From a virus (taxonomy: Duplodnaviria; Caudoviricetes): a stretch of DNA of 56,417 nt. This document shows positions 8,002-17,061 of this stretch, piece by piece. The stretch covers positions 1-56,417 of the IMG/VR virus record IMGVR_UViG_3300049783_000966. The stretch is one strand, 5' to 3'. The position numbers and the translations under genes were made by a program. Positions within the stretch are counted from its first letter, which is position 1, and each line of letters begins with the position of its first letter. The notes below the pieces were generated by a model, which saw nothing but the letters and a program-made list of their open reading frames with translations, did no database searches and was not told the DNA's origin.

Positions 8002-8999
8002 CACGAGAGTTACCCCCTCACGTGACGCGTTTGCGTGGCGTGCTCTATTATCGTCGCCGTGGGTTTGGGACAGTTAGGTTTCAGACGCAGATTGCCGATG
8101 ATAGACGCCTGACGGGCGTTTTCTATGAAGAGTACGCACAGATGATCAAAGGGCTGCGGGATCCGGCAGCGGTAACGACGAACGCGGATCTGATCGCCAG
8201 TTACAAGACATCAGAGGCATATTCGAGCAAAGCCCAGCGCACCAAAGAAGACTACGACAAAATCATGGCGTTCCTCGCCACGCAGATAGGGCACCTACCA
8301 GTGGCCGACATTCAGCGCAGACACGTCATCAGCCTGCGCGACAGCAACCGAACCCGCGTTAGGTTTGCAAACTACATCGTTCAGATGACGCGGATCCTCA
8401 TGGAACACGCAATCGACATCGGGATACGTGAACACAATCCCGCGCGCGGGGTTTCAGAACTGAAAAGCACCACCCCAGCGCGCCAACCATGGCCACAGGA
8501 CCTTGTGCACGTGTTTCGTGACACCTTCCTGCATGATCAGCGTGTGAGACTGTTGTTTGAACTGTTATTGGGCACCGGCCAGCGGATCGGTGACGTTCTG
8601 GCCATGCAGTGGGGGCAGATCAGCGATGGCGCGATCGATGTCATCCAGAACAAGACCAGGCGCAGGCTTGTTATTCCCCTGACACCGCACCTTCAAACCT
8701 GTCTGGATCTGGCACCGCGCCAAAATTTGACCATCCTTACCAAGCTGAACGGATCCGGGCCATGGAAGTATCGCGGCGCAGCTGACGCAATGATGGCCGC
8801 GCGTCGCCGGATTGGGGCTGCTCCCTACCCTATCCACAGCTTGCGACACACCACGACATCAGAACTGGCCGGATTGGGCCTATCAGACGAGTTAATCCAA
8901 TCCGTGACAGGCCACACATCGACGGCATCCGTTCGCCGGTATTCAGACGCAGCGCGCCAGAAGGCACGCGCGATCATCGCACAGGAGAAGCGAAAATGA
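7998..8999 (+). CDS. Tyrosine recombinase / integrase
   Basis: Catalytic R (GTGQRIGD), K (QNKT), HSLRH, GH, Y (VRRYS). Confidence 0.93.
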   Translation: MTRELPPHVTRLRGVLYYRRRGFGTVRFQTQIADDRRLTGVFYEEYAQMIKGLRDPAAVTTNADLIASYKTSEAYSSKAQRTKEDYDKIMAFLATQIGHLPVADIQRRHVISLRDSNRTRVRFANYIVQMTRILMEHAIDIGIREHNPARGVSELKSTTPARQPWPQDLVHVFRDTFLHDQRVRLLFELLLGTGQRIGDVLAMQWGQISDGAIDVIQNKTRRRLVIPLTPHLQTCLDLAPRQNLTILTKLNGSGPWKYRGAADAMMAARRRIGAAPYPIHSLRHTTTSELAGLGLSDELIQSVTGHTSTASVRRYSDAARQKARAIIAQEKRK

Positions 9000-9394
9000 C
9001 GCAATTGAGTATATTTAAGCATATGGAATTGGTTTTGGGGCGGCAGATCGACAAAAGGTTGAGGCTGGGGCGCATTGCATTCTATGAAGTGGACGCGGAT
9101 CGCGAAATGCAACGTCATATAACACCTGACAGGATCTTGGATTTCCGTCTTTCAGTGGGTGCGCGGGTGCGAACAAGTGACAGCCCGCGTGCCATTCAAG
9201 ATGCCGAGCGCGATATAATCAAACTTTTTTCCCGCGAAATGATGGGAGACCTGACCGACGAGTTGATCAAACTCGATGAGTGGCTGCTTGAGCAAGGCAT
9301 AGGCGAGGATGTTCGCATACGTGTGCGACGCTTGATCCAAATGACGCGCGGCGAAAACACTTTTGACATCCCAGAAATGGAGACAGAACAATGA
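8996..9394 (+). CDS. Hypothetical protein
   Basis: ATGA-coupled ORF. Confidence 0.7.
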   Translation: MTQLSIFKHMELVLGRQIDKRLRLGRIAFYEVDADREMQRHITPDRILDFRLSVGARVRTSDSPRAIQDAERDIIKLFSREMMGDLTDELIKLDEWLLEQGIGEDVRIRVRRLIQMTRGENTFDIPEMETEQ

Positions 9395-9846
9395 CTAATA
9401 TACCCCTATCAATAGCAGATCCAACACTGGTCGATTATGCCCAAAACGTGTGTGACGGCAAAATGCCGGGTGCTGTGTTCGTGAAAGACTATGGCGACGG
9501 TAAAGGCATCTGCGCACATATGTGGCTTATGGACATGGAGTTTGATCCGGTTCGCGTGTCGTTTGACATCTTCGGTTTTGTCTCAATCCACGCAGACAAA
9601 AGCAACTACTGGATATTTAGTGCCACACAGCTTGGGTGGATCGCGGCGCGGTGCTCACAGGGGCAAAAACTTTCTAAGAAGGTGTTTGATTTGCATGAGG
9701 ATTCGGAAAACCCCAAAACCGACGAACGCGCATCCGAGGCGATGATGACGCGTGCAGACTATGTGCAGAAACAGATCGACCTTGTGAACTCGCGCGTCGT
9801 CTACAGCCTTTCAAAACAGCCTCTCGGCCAACCCGACGCACAATAG
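9391..9846 (+). CDS. Hypothetical protein
   Basis: ATGA-coupled ORF. Confidence 0.7.
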   Translation: MTNIPLSIADPTLVDYAQNVCDGKMPGAVFVKDYGDGKGICAHMWLMDMEFDPVRVSFDIFGFVSIHADKSNYWIFSATQLGWIAARCSQGQKLSKKVFDLHEDSENPKTDERASEAMMTRADYVQKQIDLVNSRVVYSLSKQPLGQPDAQ

Positions 9847-9905
9847 CGCAACGGATGGTATATCCGTTGCGCTTTGAACCAATTAGATAAAGGAAGACTG
9901 ATGAT

Positions 9906-10136
9906 ATGCAGAACCCCTCACCCGTAAATATCACGACGCCAGAAGACATTCGCGCAAAGGGATGGGCATCAGAATCCCGTGACCAAGACGGCCATCTTTG
10001 CAGCACACATGCGTCGTTCGATGATGAAAGCCACTTGGTCCACTATGTCAGAGAATGTATCGAAAGAGGCCAGACGGTAACGATCTGGCCTGACCCAATC
10101 GGAGGCGAACCGATGCTTCCAAACCCTTATGAATGA
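9906..10136 (+). CDS. Hypothetical protein
   Basis: AAGGAAG RBS upstream. Confidence 0.6.
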   Translation: MQNPSPVNITTPEDIRAKGWASESRDQDGHLCSTHASFDDESHLVHYVRECIERGQTVTIWPDPIGGEPMLPNPYE

Positions 10137-10148
10137 AAGACCGATGAT

Positions 10149-10514
10149 ATGGATGATGACGACAAATGCTACCGCTTAAAATGGATGAGCGACGATCAAT
10201 GGGAGTGCGCCAAAATGTTTGCGCGCATTCGGGGCGGGTTCCACCATGTTGGAGGTGATTTCTCGAAATTTGGGCACGGGGTTTGCGTAAATGAGCCATA
10301 TGGAAATTGGGCAACATTTGACTTTAGCGACCTTACTCGGCTTGTGGTATTTGCTCACGACGACATGATCCGCGTCGAGGTAAAACCATCCGTCTCAGGC
10401 AGGTTAAAATTCTGCATGTGGAAGCGGCACACTCGTGTTGGCGAAATGTTCGAGAGGCACCCCACACTTGAAGACGCAGCGGCAACAATTAGAAACCAAA
10501 GATTGGATCAATAA
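10149..10514 (+). CDS. Phage hypothetical protein
   Basis: GGFHH...ATFDFSDLTRLVVFAHD..IRVE motif typical of phage hypotheticals. Confidence 0.75.
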   Translation: MDDDDKCYRLKWMSDDQWECAKMFARIRGGFHHVGGDFSKFGHGVCVNEPYGNWATFDFSDLTRLVVFAHDDMIRVEVKPSVSGRLKFCMWKRHTRVGEMFERHPTLEDAAATIRNQRLDQ

Positions 10515-10518
10515 GCCA

Positions 10519-10731
10519 ATGGCCAGCAAGCACGAACGACACGTAAGGGATGCGCGACTGTTAGCGGCAACGTTACCCCCATTCGAGCGCGATACTGTGC
10601 TGCGCTTGTGTCGATCAAGCGAGGGATCCATGGCCGAAAATCGCAGGGCAAACCGCGAGTATCGGGAATTGCTTATAATTGCGCATAGGGCGGCTGTTGA
10701 TCCGCACAAACCTCTACCACCAAAATCATAA
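10519..10731 (+). CDS. Hypothetical protein
   Basis: ORF in operon. Confidence 0.55.
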   Translation: MASKHERHVRDARLLAATLPPFERDTVLRLCRSSEGSMAENRRANREYRELLIIAHRAAVDPHKPLPPKS

Positions 10732-10749
10732 CAAATCGGAGACGATACC

Positions 10750-11232
10750 ATGAGCGACTTAATGCGACAGCTTCCACAATATCAAAGCCATAAAAAAGTA
10801 TGGGCACTCAAAATCGCGAAAATCGTACACAACATTTCACCAGATCCCGACATTGACGGAACCGTGTATCTCATACCCGAAAATGACCTCTATGGCCCAA
10901 TCACACTGCCGCGCGACTATGTTGTAAAGCACCAGCCCGATGTTGGCGGCTACTATGTGCAATTTGCTGATGGCTATAAGGCTTTCGCGGACGCCGACGC
11001 GTTTGAGGAGGGCTATACTCAAATCAAACATCAGAAAATTCCAGTTGTGGATTCATACACCGCCGCAGATGCCACCGCAGAAAGTATTGCAGATGCGATG
11101 GTAACACTCGACCAGATGCCACCAAGCCGCGAGGCGTCACTGGTACAGACTAAACTTGAAGAAGCCATGATGTGGCTTAACTGTGCCAGACCAAAGCGTG
11201 GCTTAACGCCCAATCCATTTGGGGACATATAA
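10750..11232 (+). CDS. Candidate anti-defence sponge fusion protein with a C-terminal Acb2/Tad1-like hairpin
   Basis: C-terminal PSREASLVQTKLEEAMMWLN; N-terminal YQSHKKVWALKI...GGYYVQFADGY..F....FEEGY. Confidence 0.65.
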   Translation: MSDLMRQLPQYQSHKKVWALKIAKIVHNISPDPDIDGTVYLIPENDLYGPITLPRDYVVKHQPDVGGYYVQFADGYKAFADADAFEEGYTQIKHQKIPVVDSYTAADATAESIADAMVTLDQMPPSREASLVQTKLEEAMMWLNCARPKRGLTPNPFGDI

Positions 11233-11447
11233 TGGCAGGATCCAGTAATGACGGGTTCGAGTTGGTTATAGAAACAAACGAACAGAATTCGTTACGTCGA
11301 TTGCGCGCTATCTTGGGAGACGCGCTGGGGGCCAAAATACGCGATATGTCGCGCGAAATAGACAGCCTGCGCTATGCCCGCGCCATCGATAGGGAACGGC
11401 TGCGGCAATTGAGGTCTCAACGCACCAGAAAGGCGGCACGCCAATGA
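11232..11447 (+). CDS. Hypothetical basic coiled-coil protein
   Basis: TAATG-coupled ORF. Confidence 0.6.
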   Translation: MAGSSNDGFELVIETNEQNSLRRLRAILGDALGAKIRDMSREIDSLRYARAIDRERLRQLRSQRTRKAARQ

Positions 11448-12127
11448 GTGACAAACCAATCCTTTTCTCGGGTCCGATGGTCCGAGCGTTGCTTGAAGAC
11501 AGAAAAACCCAGACGCGCCGGATCCTTACCCATGCGCCGGCCAAGTGGGATTTTATGCCTGAAGGCATGATTTCACGGCTGGATGGCAAGGGGGCATGCT
11601 TTCGTTGGCGGGCCAAACTGCACAAAGGTGATGAAATCCACGACTGCAACATCCCGATCGCGCCGGGGGATAGGTTGTGGGTCAAAGAAGCCCACTACGC
11701 CTATGGATTTTGGCGCACGACAAAGGAAATCACGAAGAAGACTGGCAAGTTTAAGCGTGAGTTTGTTAGGTATCCGGTGAATCCGGTGATATTCGATGCC
11801 CCGCCCGACTTGTTGTCTGGTCGACTAGAAAAAAAGCCCGGATTTTATAAGCGATCAAGTCTGTTTATGCCAAAGGCAGACAGCCGACTGTTTCTGGAGG
11901 TTTTGAACGTCCGCGTTCAGCGATTGCTTGATATCGATGAGGTCGACGCGAAGGCGGAAGGGCCGAGCCAACACCCAATGTACCCATCAGAATACTATGT
12001 ATCGTGGCGGGAGGCGTTCAAACACCTTTGGGACAGCATCAATGAGCCCAGCGCGCCATGGTCTGATAACCCTTGGGTGGTGGCTTATCGCTTTAAAGTG
12101 GTTTCATCTAACATCAGCACCGCCTGA
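11444..12127 (+). CDS. ASCH/PUA-like phage protein
   Basis: PILFSGPMVRALL..RKTQTRR...GDRLWVKE...VQRL.DI...AKAEG...W..NPWV. Confidence 0.85.
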   Translation: MSDKPILFSGPMVRALLEDRKTQTRRILTHAPAKWDFMPEGMISRLDGKGACFRWRAKLHKGDEIHDCNIPIAPGDRLWVKEAHYAYGFWRTTKEITKKTGKFKREFVRYPVNPVIFDAPPDLLSGRLEKKPGFYKRSSLFMPKADSRLFLEVLNVRVQRLLDIDEVDAKAEGPSQHPMYPSEYYVSWREAFKHLWDSINEPSAPWSDNPWVVAYRFKVVSSNISTA

Positions 12128-12261
12128 CACATCACTGTGCCACAGCCTTCTTCATCGATAGCTGTGAGCACGGCTTCATATATGCCTGCTTGGATGTCTG
12201 GTAGGGCATCCATGACCTTTCCGTAGACGGCTTCTATCAGTGGTGCAAATTCAGGCGCCAT
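12085..12261 (-). CDS. Small hypothetical protein
   Basis: Last ORF of the leftward cassette, translationally coupled. Confidence 0.45.
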   Translation of the reverse strand: MAPEFAPLIEAVYGKVMDALPDIQAGIYEAVLTAIDEEGCGTVMCQAVLMLDETTLKR

Positions 12262-12508
12262 CGTTCTGCCTTCTTGTTTTTTTGTTTTCAACTGCCCAAC
12301 TGGCCTCCCTATCCGGCCAATAGTTTTTAGCCGCCCAACTCACTGCTTCGCGAATGATGTCGACAACCGCGATCCCGACGCGGCCCGTCCCGCCACAGAA
12401 GTTGCAAGGCACTGCTTGGTCCATGGCGTGCTGGGCTCTCAACTCATCGCGGCGCAAATTACAAGCAGGGCAGTCTTCCCCGTTCCCGTGTAGCGTTTTA
12501 TCAACCAT
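12251..12508 (-). CDS. Small zinc-finger protein
   Basis: CPAC...CNFCGGTG. Confidence 0.65.
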   Translation of the reverse strand: MVDKTLHGNGEDCPACNLRRDELRAQHAMDQAVPCNFCGGTGRVGIAVVDIIREAVSWAAKNYWPDREASWAVENKKTRRQNDGA

Positions 12509-13154
12509 TTTCGGTGCCGCATATTTTTGGGATAATTTGATCCAACGCCAGTCTTAGGCGATATTGCGGTATTGTTTCCCACTGTGTTGCCCAAGATCCA
12601 ACCAGAAGATGCGCCTCGCGCGGATCACCAGGCAAAATCTCTGACGGTTGGTTTATGGTGATTGTTGGGTCAACGCTTGTTCCTTCATAAAATTGATCTA
12701 TTCGTTCTGCCAAGGCACGGGTTTCAGACGCCGCCTGCCTCATCTGGTTACAGCGCACCGCCGCGCCCCTGACGTTTTTGGACTTCCACTGGTCGCGCAT
12801 TTCATCATCGGCCGTGTTGTCCAGCATGTCAGCTTTGTTTTGCAACTCTACGATCCGGACGATGGCACGGTCACGATCCGGCTTGGGATCATCGGCCTTA
12901 TCGGTTGTGTAATTGTTTCCACGCCACTGGAACTGCTCAACACCGGCACTTCTTGCCTCTGCAAATGCCACGTCAAAGGATACGTCAGGCCGGATGTGTG
13001 CTAACAGGCGGCGTGTTGAGATTGCGGATTGCGCGCGAAATAATTTCACGTCATCAGGCAGGCCAGCAGCCTCCATTGAACCTGAAATACCTGCCTTCTC
13101 ACAAAACTTACGGATTGCGTCTGATCGCAAGGCCGTCTTACCAAGATCATCCAT
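12501..13154 (-). CDS. Hypothetical protein
   Basis: 217-aa ORF containing SFDVAFAEAR..G...F.WRG..YTT. Confidence 0.7.
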   Translation of the reverse strand: MDDLGKTALRSDAIRKFCEKAGISGSMEAAGLPDDVKLFRAQSAISTRRLLAHIRPDVSFDVAFAEARSAGVEQFQWRGNNYTTDKADDPKPDRDRAIVRIVELQNKADMLDNTADDEMRDQWKSKNVRGAAVRCNQMRQAASETRALAERIDQFYEGTSVDPTITINQPSEILPGDPREAHLLVGSWATQWETIPQYRLRLALDQIIPKICGTENG

Positions 13155-13410
13155 TCAAACTCTCCAATACAATTTCACTTTGGCCAGCGTCGATCTGATC
13201 CTGCCACGTATCCCGCCCCTTTTGATAGCGCGGGATCCCCGTCACACGGTGAACCTCTCGTATGAGTTCCTTTTGATATGCGAGAAGACGAAAGACGGTT
13301 TCGTCAGGCAAGGGCGCATAGTCGATACCTATCGTGGAACGCACGGGCACAGGAATAATGGGCGCAATTAGTGCCCAACCGGCCGTCGCAAGAAAATGCC
13401 TTCTATCCAT
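13147..13410 (-). CDS. Small protein with a twin-arginine-like N-terminus
   Basis: MDRRHFLATAGWALIAP. Confidence 0.6.
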   Translation of the reverse strand: MDRRHFLATAGWALIAPIIPVPVRSTIGIDYAPLPDETVFRLLAYQKELIREVHRVTGIPRYQKGRDTWQDQIDAGQSEIVLESLNG

Positions 13411-13732
13411 CTTTCGGCTCCCCATCTTTGGTTACGATGATATTCTGCATCTGATACATTGCAGCGATCTTCTCATGCTCCAACTTGACCCGCTCCGATG
13501 GGGTCCACCCCAAACCGTCACGAGGCTCTAGGCCAAAATCTGCGCGGTCTTGATCGGTCATTATGTGTGCGCCGTTCTCATGCAAAACAGTCTCAAGCGA
13601 ATGGTGCAAAAACCGATGAAACTCAGGCGGAATATCGTGGGTGATTTCACGCATGATTGCATAAAGAAGTTGGTCCATGCGGCGACGGCGAAGGTCGATC
13701 AACGTGGATTCCTCCATTGCTGTGCGGCTCAT
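13403..13732 (-). CDS. Hypothetical protein
   Basis: AAGGAG RBS, ATGA overlap. Confidence 0.7.
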   Translation of the reverse strand: MSRTAMEESTLIDLRRRRMDQLLYAIMREITHDIPPEFHRFLHHSLETVLHENGAHIMTDQDRADFGLEPRDGLGWTPSERVKLEHEKIAAMYQMQNIIVTKDGEPKDG

Positions 13733-14265
13733 TCCGAAGTCTCCTTTAAGTTTGCTTTGTGCAGAATGCGAAGATCGTGAAAATGTCGGACACCCGCATT
13801 TTGATTGTGTCCAAATTTCATAGTGATTGTCGTTCCGCCTCCATAGGCCGCTGATACATCAGATGAAGCGATCACGGCATCAATTACGCCGATCTTTGCT
13901 TGCTCGTAGCGATCACAATTGCGGAAATTACGCTGCCCACAGTCATCACAATCCCACGTTTTTCGCGATCTGGAATTGTCTATATCGTCACCGTGCAGGT
14001 CAGTCCTGACACCCAATCCGCAATGGTCGCAGCAAGTAGCTGCACGTAATTTCCACTCCTCTTTGATGTCGTCTGACATAGCCCATGCAATTTGCTGTGC
14101 TGTTGCCAGCCACTCTTTGCCCTGCACCAATCTAGGGGCAGCACAAACCGCCTGCGATCCAGACCCAAATGACGCACGATCCTTAAAACACAAAAGCGTT
14201 GTATCGCTGCGATGAACCATATCCCAGCCCTTTGGGAAGCCATCAGAATAGACAACGTCACCCAT
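13729..14265 (-). CDS. Hypothetical protein with a zinc ribbon
   Basis: CDHC...CDDC. Confidence 0.7.
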   Translation of the reverse strand: MGDVVYSDGFPKGWDMVHRSDTTLLCFKDRASFGSGSQAVCAAPRLVQGKEWLATAQQIAWAMSDDIKEEWKLRAATCCDHCGLGVRTDLHGDDIDNSRSRKTWDCDDCGQRNFRNCDRYEQAKIGVIDAVIASSDVSAAYGGGTTITMKFGHNQNAGVRHFHDLRILHKANLKETSE

Positions 14266-14316
14266 CTTTCGGCCCCCTTTTGCGTGGCGGCGGCGCTGGC
14301 GTCGCGACTGTTGCTC

Positions 14317-14529
14317 TCATTGCTTGCCCTCTGCCCGGCGCATCCTGCGGATCGCGGTGTTCATAATCTTGCTCTTTTCTTTGTAATTTTCGTTCGCAGT
14401 CACAGCGGCACGGCCCAAACGGTCCTCAAGAACCTTAATGCGCTGTTCTTCCACATGATTTAGGTGAGCACGCCAACGGCTAATTGTTTTGTGGTGTGGT
14501 GCCTTGCGCTGCACAAAAGCCTTGGCCAT
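14317..14529 (-). CDS. Basic hypothetical protein, first gene of the leftward cassette
   Basis: AAAAGGA RBS upstream. Confidence 0.65.
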   Translation of the reverse strand: MAKAFVQRKAPHHKTISRWRAHLNHVEEQRIKVLEDRLGRAAVTANENYKEKSKIMNTAIRRMRRAEGKQ

Positions 14530-14556
14530 AGTCTATATCCTTTTGTTTGTTGGATA

Positions 14557-14595
14557 CTAGTACAGTTGACATAGCTACACAGTCAAGAATAACGT
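14557..14595. promoter_or_regulatory. Overlapping divergent sigma70-like promoters
   Basis: TTGACA (14566, +) and TTGACT (14586, -) form the inverted repeat TTGAC-N11-GTCAA between divergent genes. Confidence 0.55.
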
Positions 14596-14642
14596 CCATC
14601 CAGATGCCACCGGATTTAACCATCAACAACAAGGACACTATT

Positions 14643-15020
14643 ATGAAACCCAAAAACGGATATCTGATTTTCAAGAGTGGCGGTGGTTACTATCGCGCCA
14701 AAGCCCGTGGGTACACGATTGAAGCCAGTGAGGCGGGGCGCTTTTCCTATGATGATGCCGTGGCATATTCACACCCGAACGGCCCTAACGGCCCTCGTGA
14801 CGGGATCACGTTCAAGCACGAGAGCGAGGTGCGGTCAGACGAAACTTGCGAGAAAGACCTCCGCATTCACGCGCTCACAGTTGAGCGGGATATTATGCAG
14901 GAAGGGCAGAACGTGTTGGTCCAAGATCTGAACAAAGCGATGCAGCGCATTCAGAAACTTGAGGCTGAAAAGCGCGGGTCAGAGTACGCCCTCGAATTCA
15001 TCGCCAAAACTTACGCATAG
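14643..15020 (+). CDS. Phage hypothetical protein with a C-terminal coiled coil
   Basis: AAGGA RBS; YYRAKARGYT....AGRF motif. Confidence 0.75.
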   Translation: MKPKNGYLIFKSGGGYYRAKARGYTIEASEAGRFSYDDAVAYSHPNGPNGPRDGITFKHESEVRSDETCEKDLRIHALTVERDIMQEGQNVLVQDLNKAMQRIQKLEAEKRGSEYALEFIAKTYA

Positions 15021-15045
15021 AAGGACACAGTGGGGACAGGCTTAT

Positions 15046-15369
15046 TTAAGGCTGTGCTGCCACGCTTCGGTCAATCCTGCGCCGCGTCGCACCGACCACC
15101 TGATCCCCGACGCCTGCGACTGCTACTTGAACGTGAATAGTCGCCTCGCCTTCTGATAATGCCCACTTCGCAAACGAACATCTGACCAACGTGGGATCGG
15201 CGCCATCGATCGCGCCGGATCCTGTCACAATATTGCCTTCACCATCTTCTGCCGTGACGGTGACAACGCCCCCTGTCAGATCCGATATTGATGATCCCGC
15301 GCCAAAAGCGACTTTTACCGCCAACTTGATTTCTTCCGAGGTATACAGCTTCTTGATTTCAGTCATCAT
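15046..15369 (-). CDS. Small beta-rich virion-associated protein
   Basis: End of the late operon; beta-strand-rich sequence. Confidence 0.6.
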   Translation of the reverse strand: MMTEIKKLYTSEEIKLAVKVAFGAGSSISDLTGGVVTVTAEDGEGNIVTGSGAIDGADPTLVRCSFAKWALSEGEATIHVQVAVAGVGDQVVGATRRRIDRSVAAQP

Positions 15370-17060
15370 GCCCTCCAATATCCGGCAATGGCCAGATCAG
15401 CCCAAAGGCCAGTGATTTCTATGTCGCCACACCAATACCCGTTGATGGTTTCCGCATCATTCCAATGGCCCGGTATCACGAACATTGGCGCGATTGGCCT
15501 CAAGATTTCAATGTCGGCAAGGTAAACAAGCGCCGCTGATTGCACACTATCGCCCGAGATACCGATAGTCACGGCTACATCAGCACTATCAACTTCCACG
15601 TTACTGACGATTGCGTCCCCATAGATTGCAGTCACAACGCCAATGTCAGCAACTCCAACATTGGATATTGAGGCTACAGGGCTTCCAACGATCCCCGCTT
15701 CGGATGCCACATCGCCTAGAGCGACGGTAGAAACCGAATGAACGGGATCCCCATTTACCCCAACGCTGGCACCCACATCAGCAACGCCCACGGTAGAGGC
15801 TGAATGAACGGGATCACCAGAAACCCCAACGCTGGCACCCACATCAGCAGCGCCCACGGTAGAGGCTGAATGAACGGGATCACCAGAAACCCCAACCGTA
15901 ACACCCACATTGGCAGCGCCCACGGTAGAGGCCGATGCTATCGGCGCACCCGCCACTGCGATTTTTGCGCCGACTTCTGCTTCCGAAACAGACGCGGCAA
16001 TTTCAATGTTTTCACCGAGAATGCCGCCAACGGATCCCACATCGCCCAGCGCTGCGTTGGCCTGAACTGATATTGGGCTTCCGATGATCCCAACGCGGGC
16101 ACCCACATCAGCTTCATCAATTAAGGCACCAGATTGTACCGAACTGCCGATGATCCCGACGCCCGCGCCGATGTCAGCTTCTTCGAGCGTCGCTACAACG
16201 GTCAAATCGTCGCCTGTGAGCGCAACTACAGACGATAGGGAGGCTTGGGCCACAGTTGAGGGTGATTGGACCGCATCACCAGCAATAGCTGCTACAACGC
16301 CGACATCAGCACTTTCAACAGTGGTCGCGGATTCAACGGGATTGCCATTGGCCGCAACAACTAGGCCGACATCAGCACTTTCAACGGTGGCTGCGGATTC
16401 AACGGGATCGCCATCAATATCGGCAATGGATCCACCTGCGGCAGCGCCTTTAATCGCCCACGTGATAGCCCTCCAGCGACGATTGCCACCCATAGTTACT
16501 GTGGGTGGGTCTTCCGGCGATGATGTTGGAGGGGTTGTCTTGGACCACGCAGCAAACCGCGCCTTGCCGTTGCTGACCTTGTAAAACTCTGTGTAGCCAG
16601 TCGGGGTTCCCGTTATCGCAACGTCGTCACCCGTGACAAAACCGAACACCTGCGTAGCACCTGCCCAACCATAAGTGACCGATGGAGGATTTGCAGGGCT
16701 ACTTGAGGCTTTGGTCTCTGCTCCATAAGTAATGGCCTCAGCCGTGTCCACGCCGTCTAGTCGGTAGGCTTCGGCTATAGCAACCTTGCCGTTATCCGTA
16801 AAAGCTAGGTTGACCGTTAATCCTTCGGACCCGTCAGCAACCCGCCGATACAGTGCGTAGTTTGTATAGTTCGCCTCATTTGAACTGCGTTCTTTAGACC
16901 AGCCCGTGATGTTGCCAGAGGAAGGGTTATTCTCAAAGGCCACATCAATACAAAGAAGCTCACCGATAACAATACCGGTGGGCAGGTCAATGTTTGAGCC
17001 GCCACTAGATGTCGTGAAACTAGTGACGACTTTTGTGCCTATGAGTACGGGTGTGGCCAT
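15366..17060 (-). CDS. Fibre-like virion protein with 20-aa tandem repeats
   Basis: N-terminal globular domain followed by about 15 repeats like VGVSGDPVHSASTVGAADVG. Confidence 0.7.
   Translation of the reverse strand: MATPVLIGTKVVTSFTTSSGGSNIDLPTGIVIGELLCIDVAFENNPSSGNITGWSKERSSNEANYTNYALYRRVADGSEGLTVNLAFTDNGKVAIAEAYRLDGVDTAEAITYGAETKASSSPANPPSVTYGWAGATQVFGFVTGDDVAITGTPTGYTEFYKVSNGKARFAAWSKTTPPTSSPEDPPTVTMGGNRRWRAITWAIKGAAAGGSIADIDGDPVESAATVESADVGLVVAANGNPVESATTVESADVGVVAAIAGDAVQSPSTVAQASLSSVVALTGDDLTVVATLEEADIGAGVGIIGSSVQSGALIDEADVGARVGIIGSPISVQANAALGDVGSVGGILGENIEIAASVSEAEVGAKIAVAGAPIASASTVGAANVGVTVGVSGDPVHSASTVGAADVGASVGVSGDPVHSASTVGVADVGASVGVNGDPVHSVSTVALGDVASEAGIVGSPVASISNVGVADIGVVTAIYGDAIVSNVEVDSADVAVTIGISGDSVQSAALVYLADIEILRPIAPMFVIPGHWNDAETINGYWCGDIEITGLWADLAIAGYWRA
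15720..15932. repeat. Near-identical 60-bp tandem repeats within the fibre gene
   Basis: cggtagaggctgaatgaacgggatcaccagaaaccccaac recurs at 60-bp period. Confidence 0.85.
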
Positions 17061-17061
17061 A

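Noticed and set aside
15720-15932. Regular 60-bp repeats as a possible CRISPR array or DGR TR/VR pair
   Set aside because: They are in-frame coding repeats without unique spacers; no cas or reverse transcriptase gene is visible
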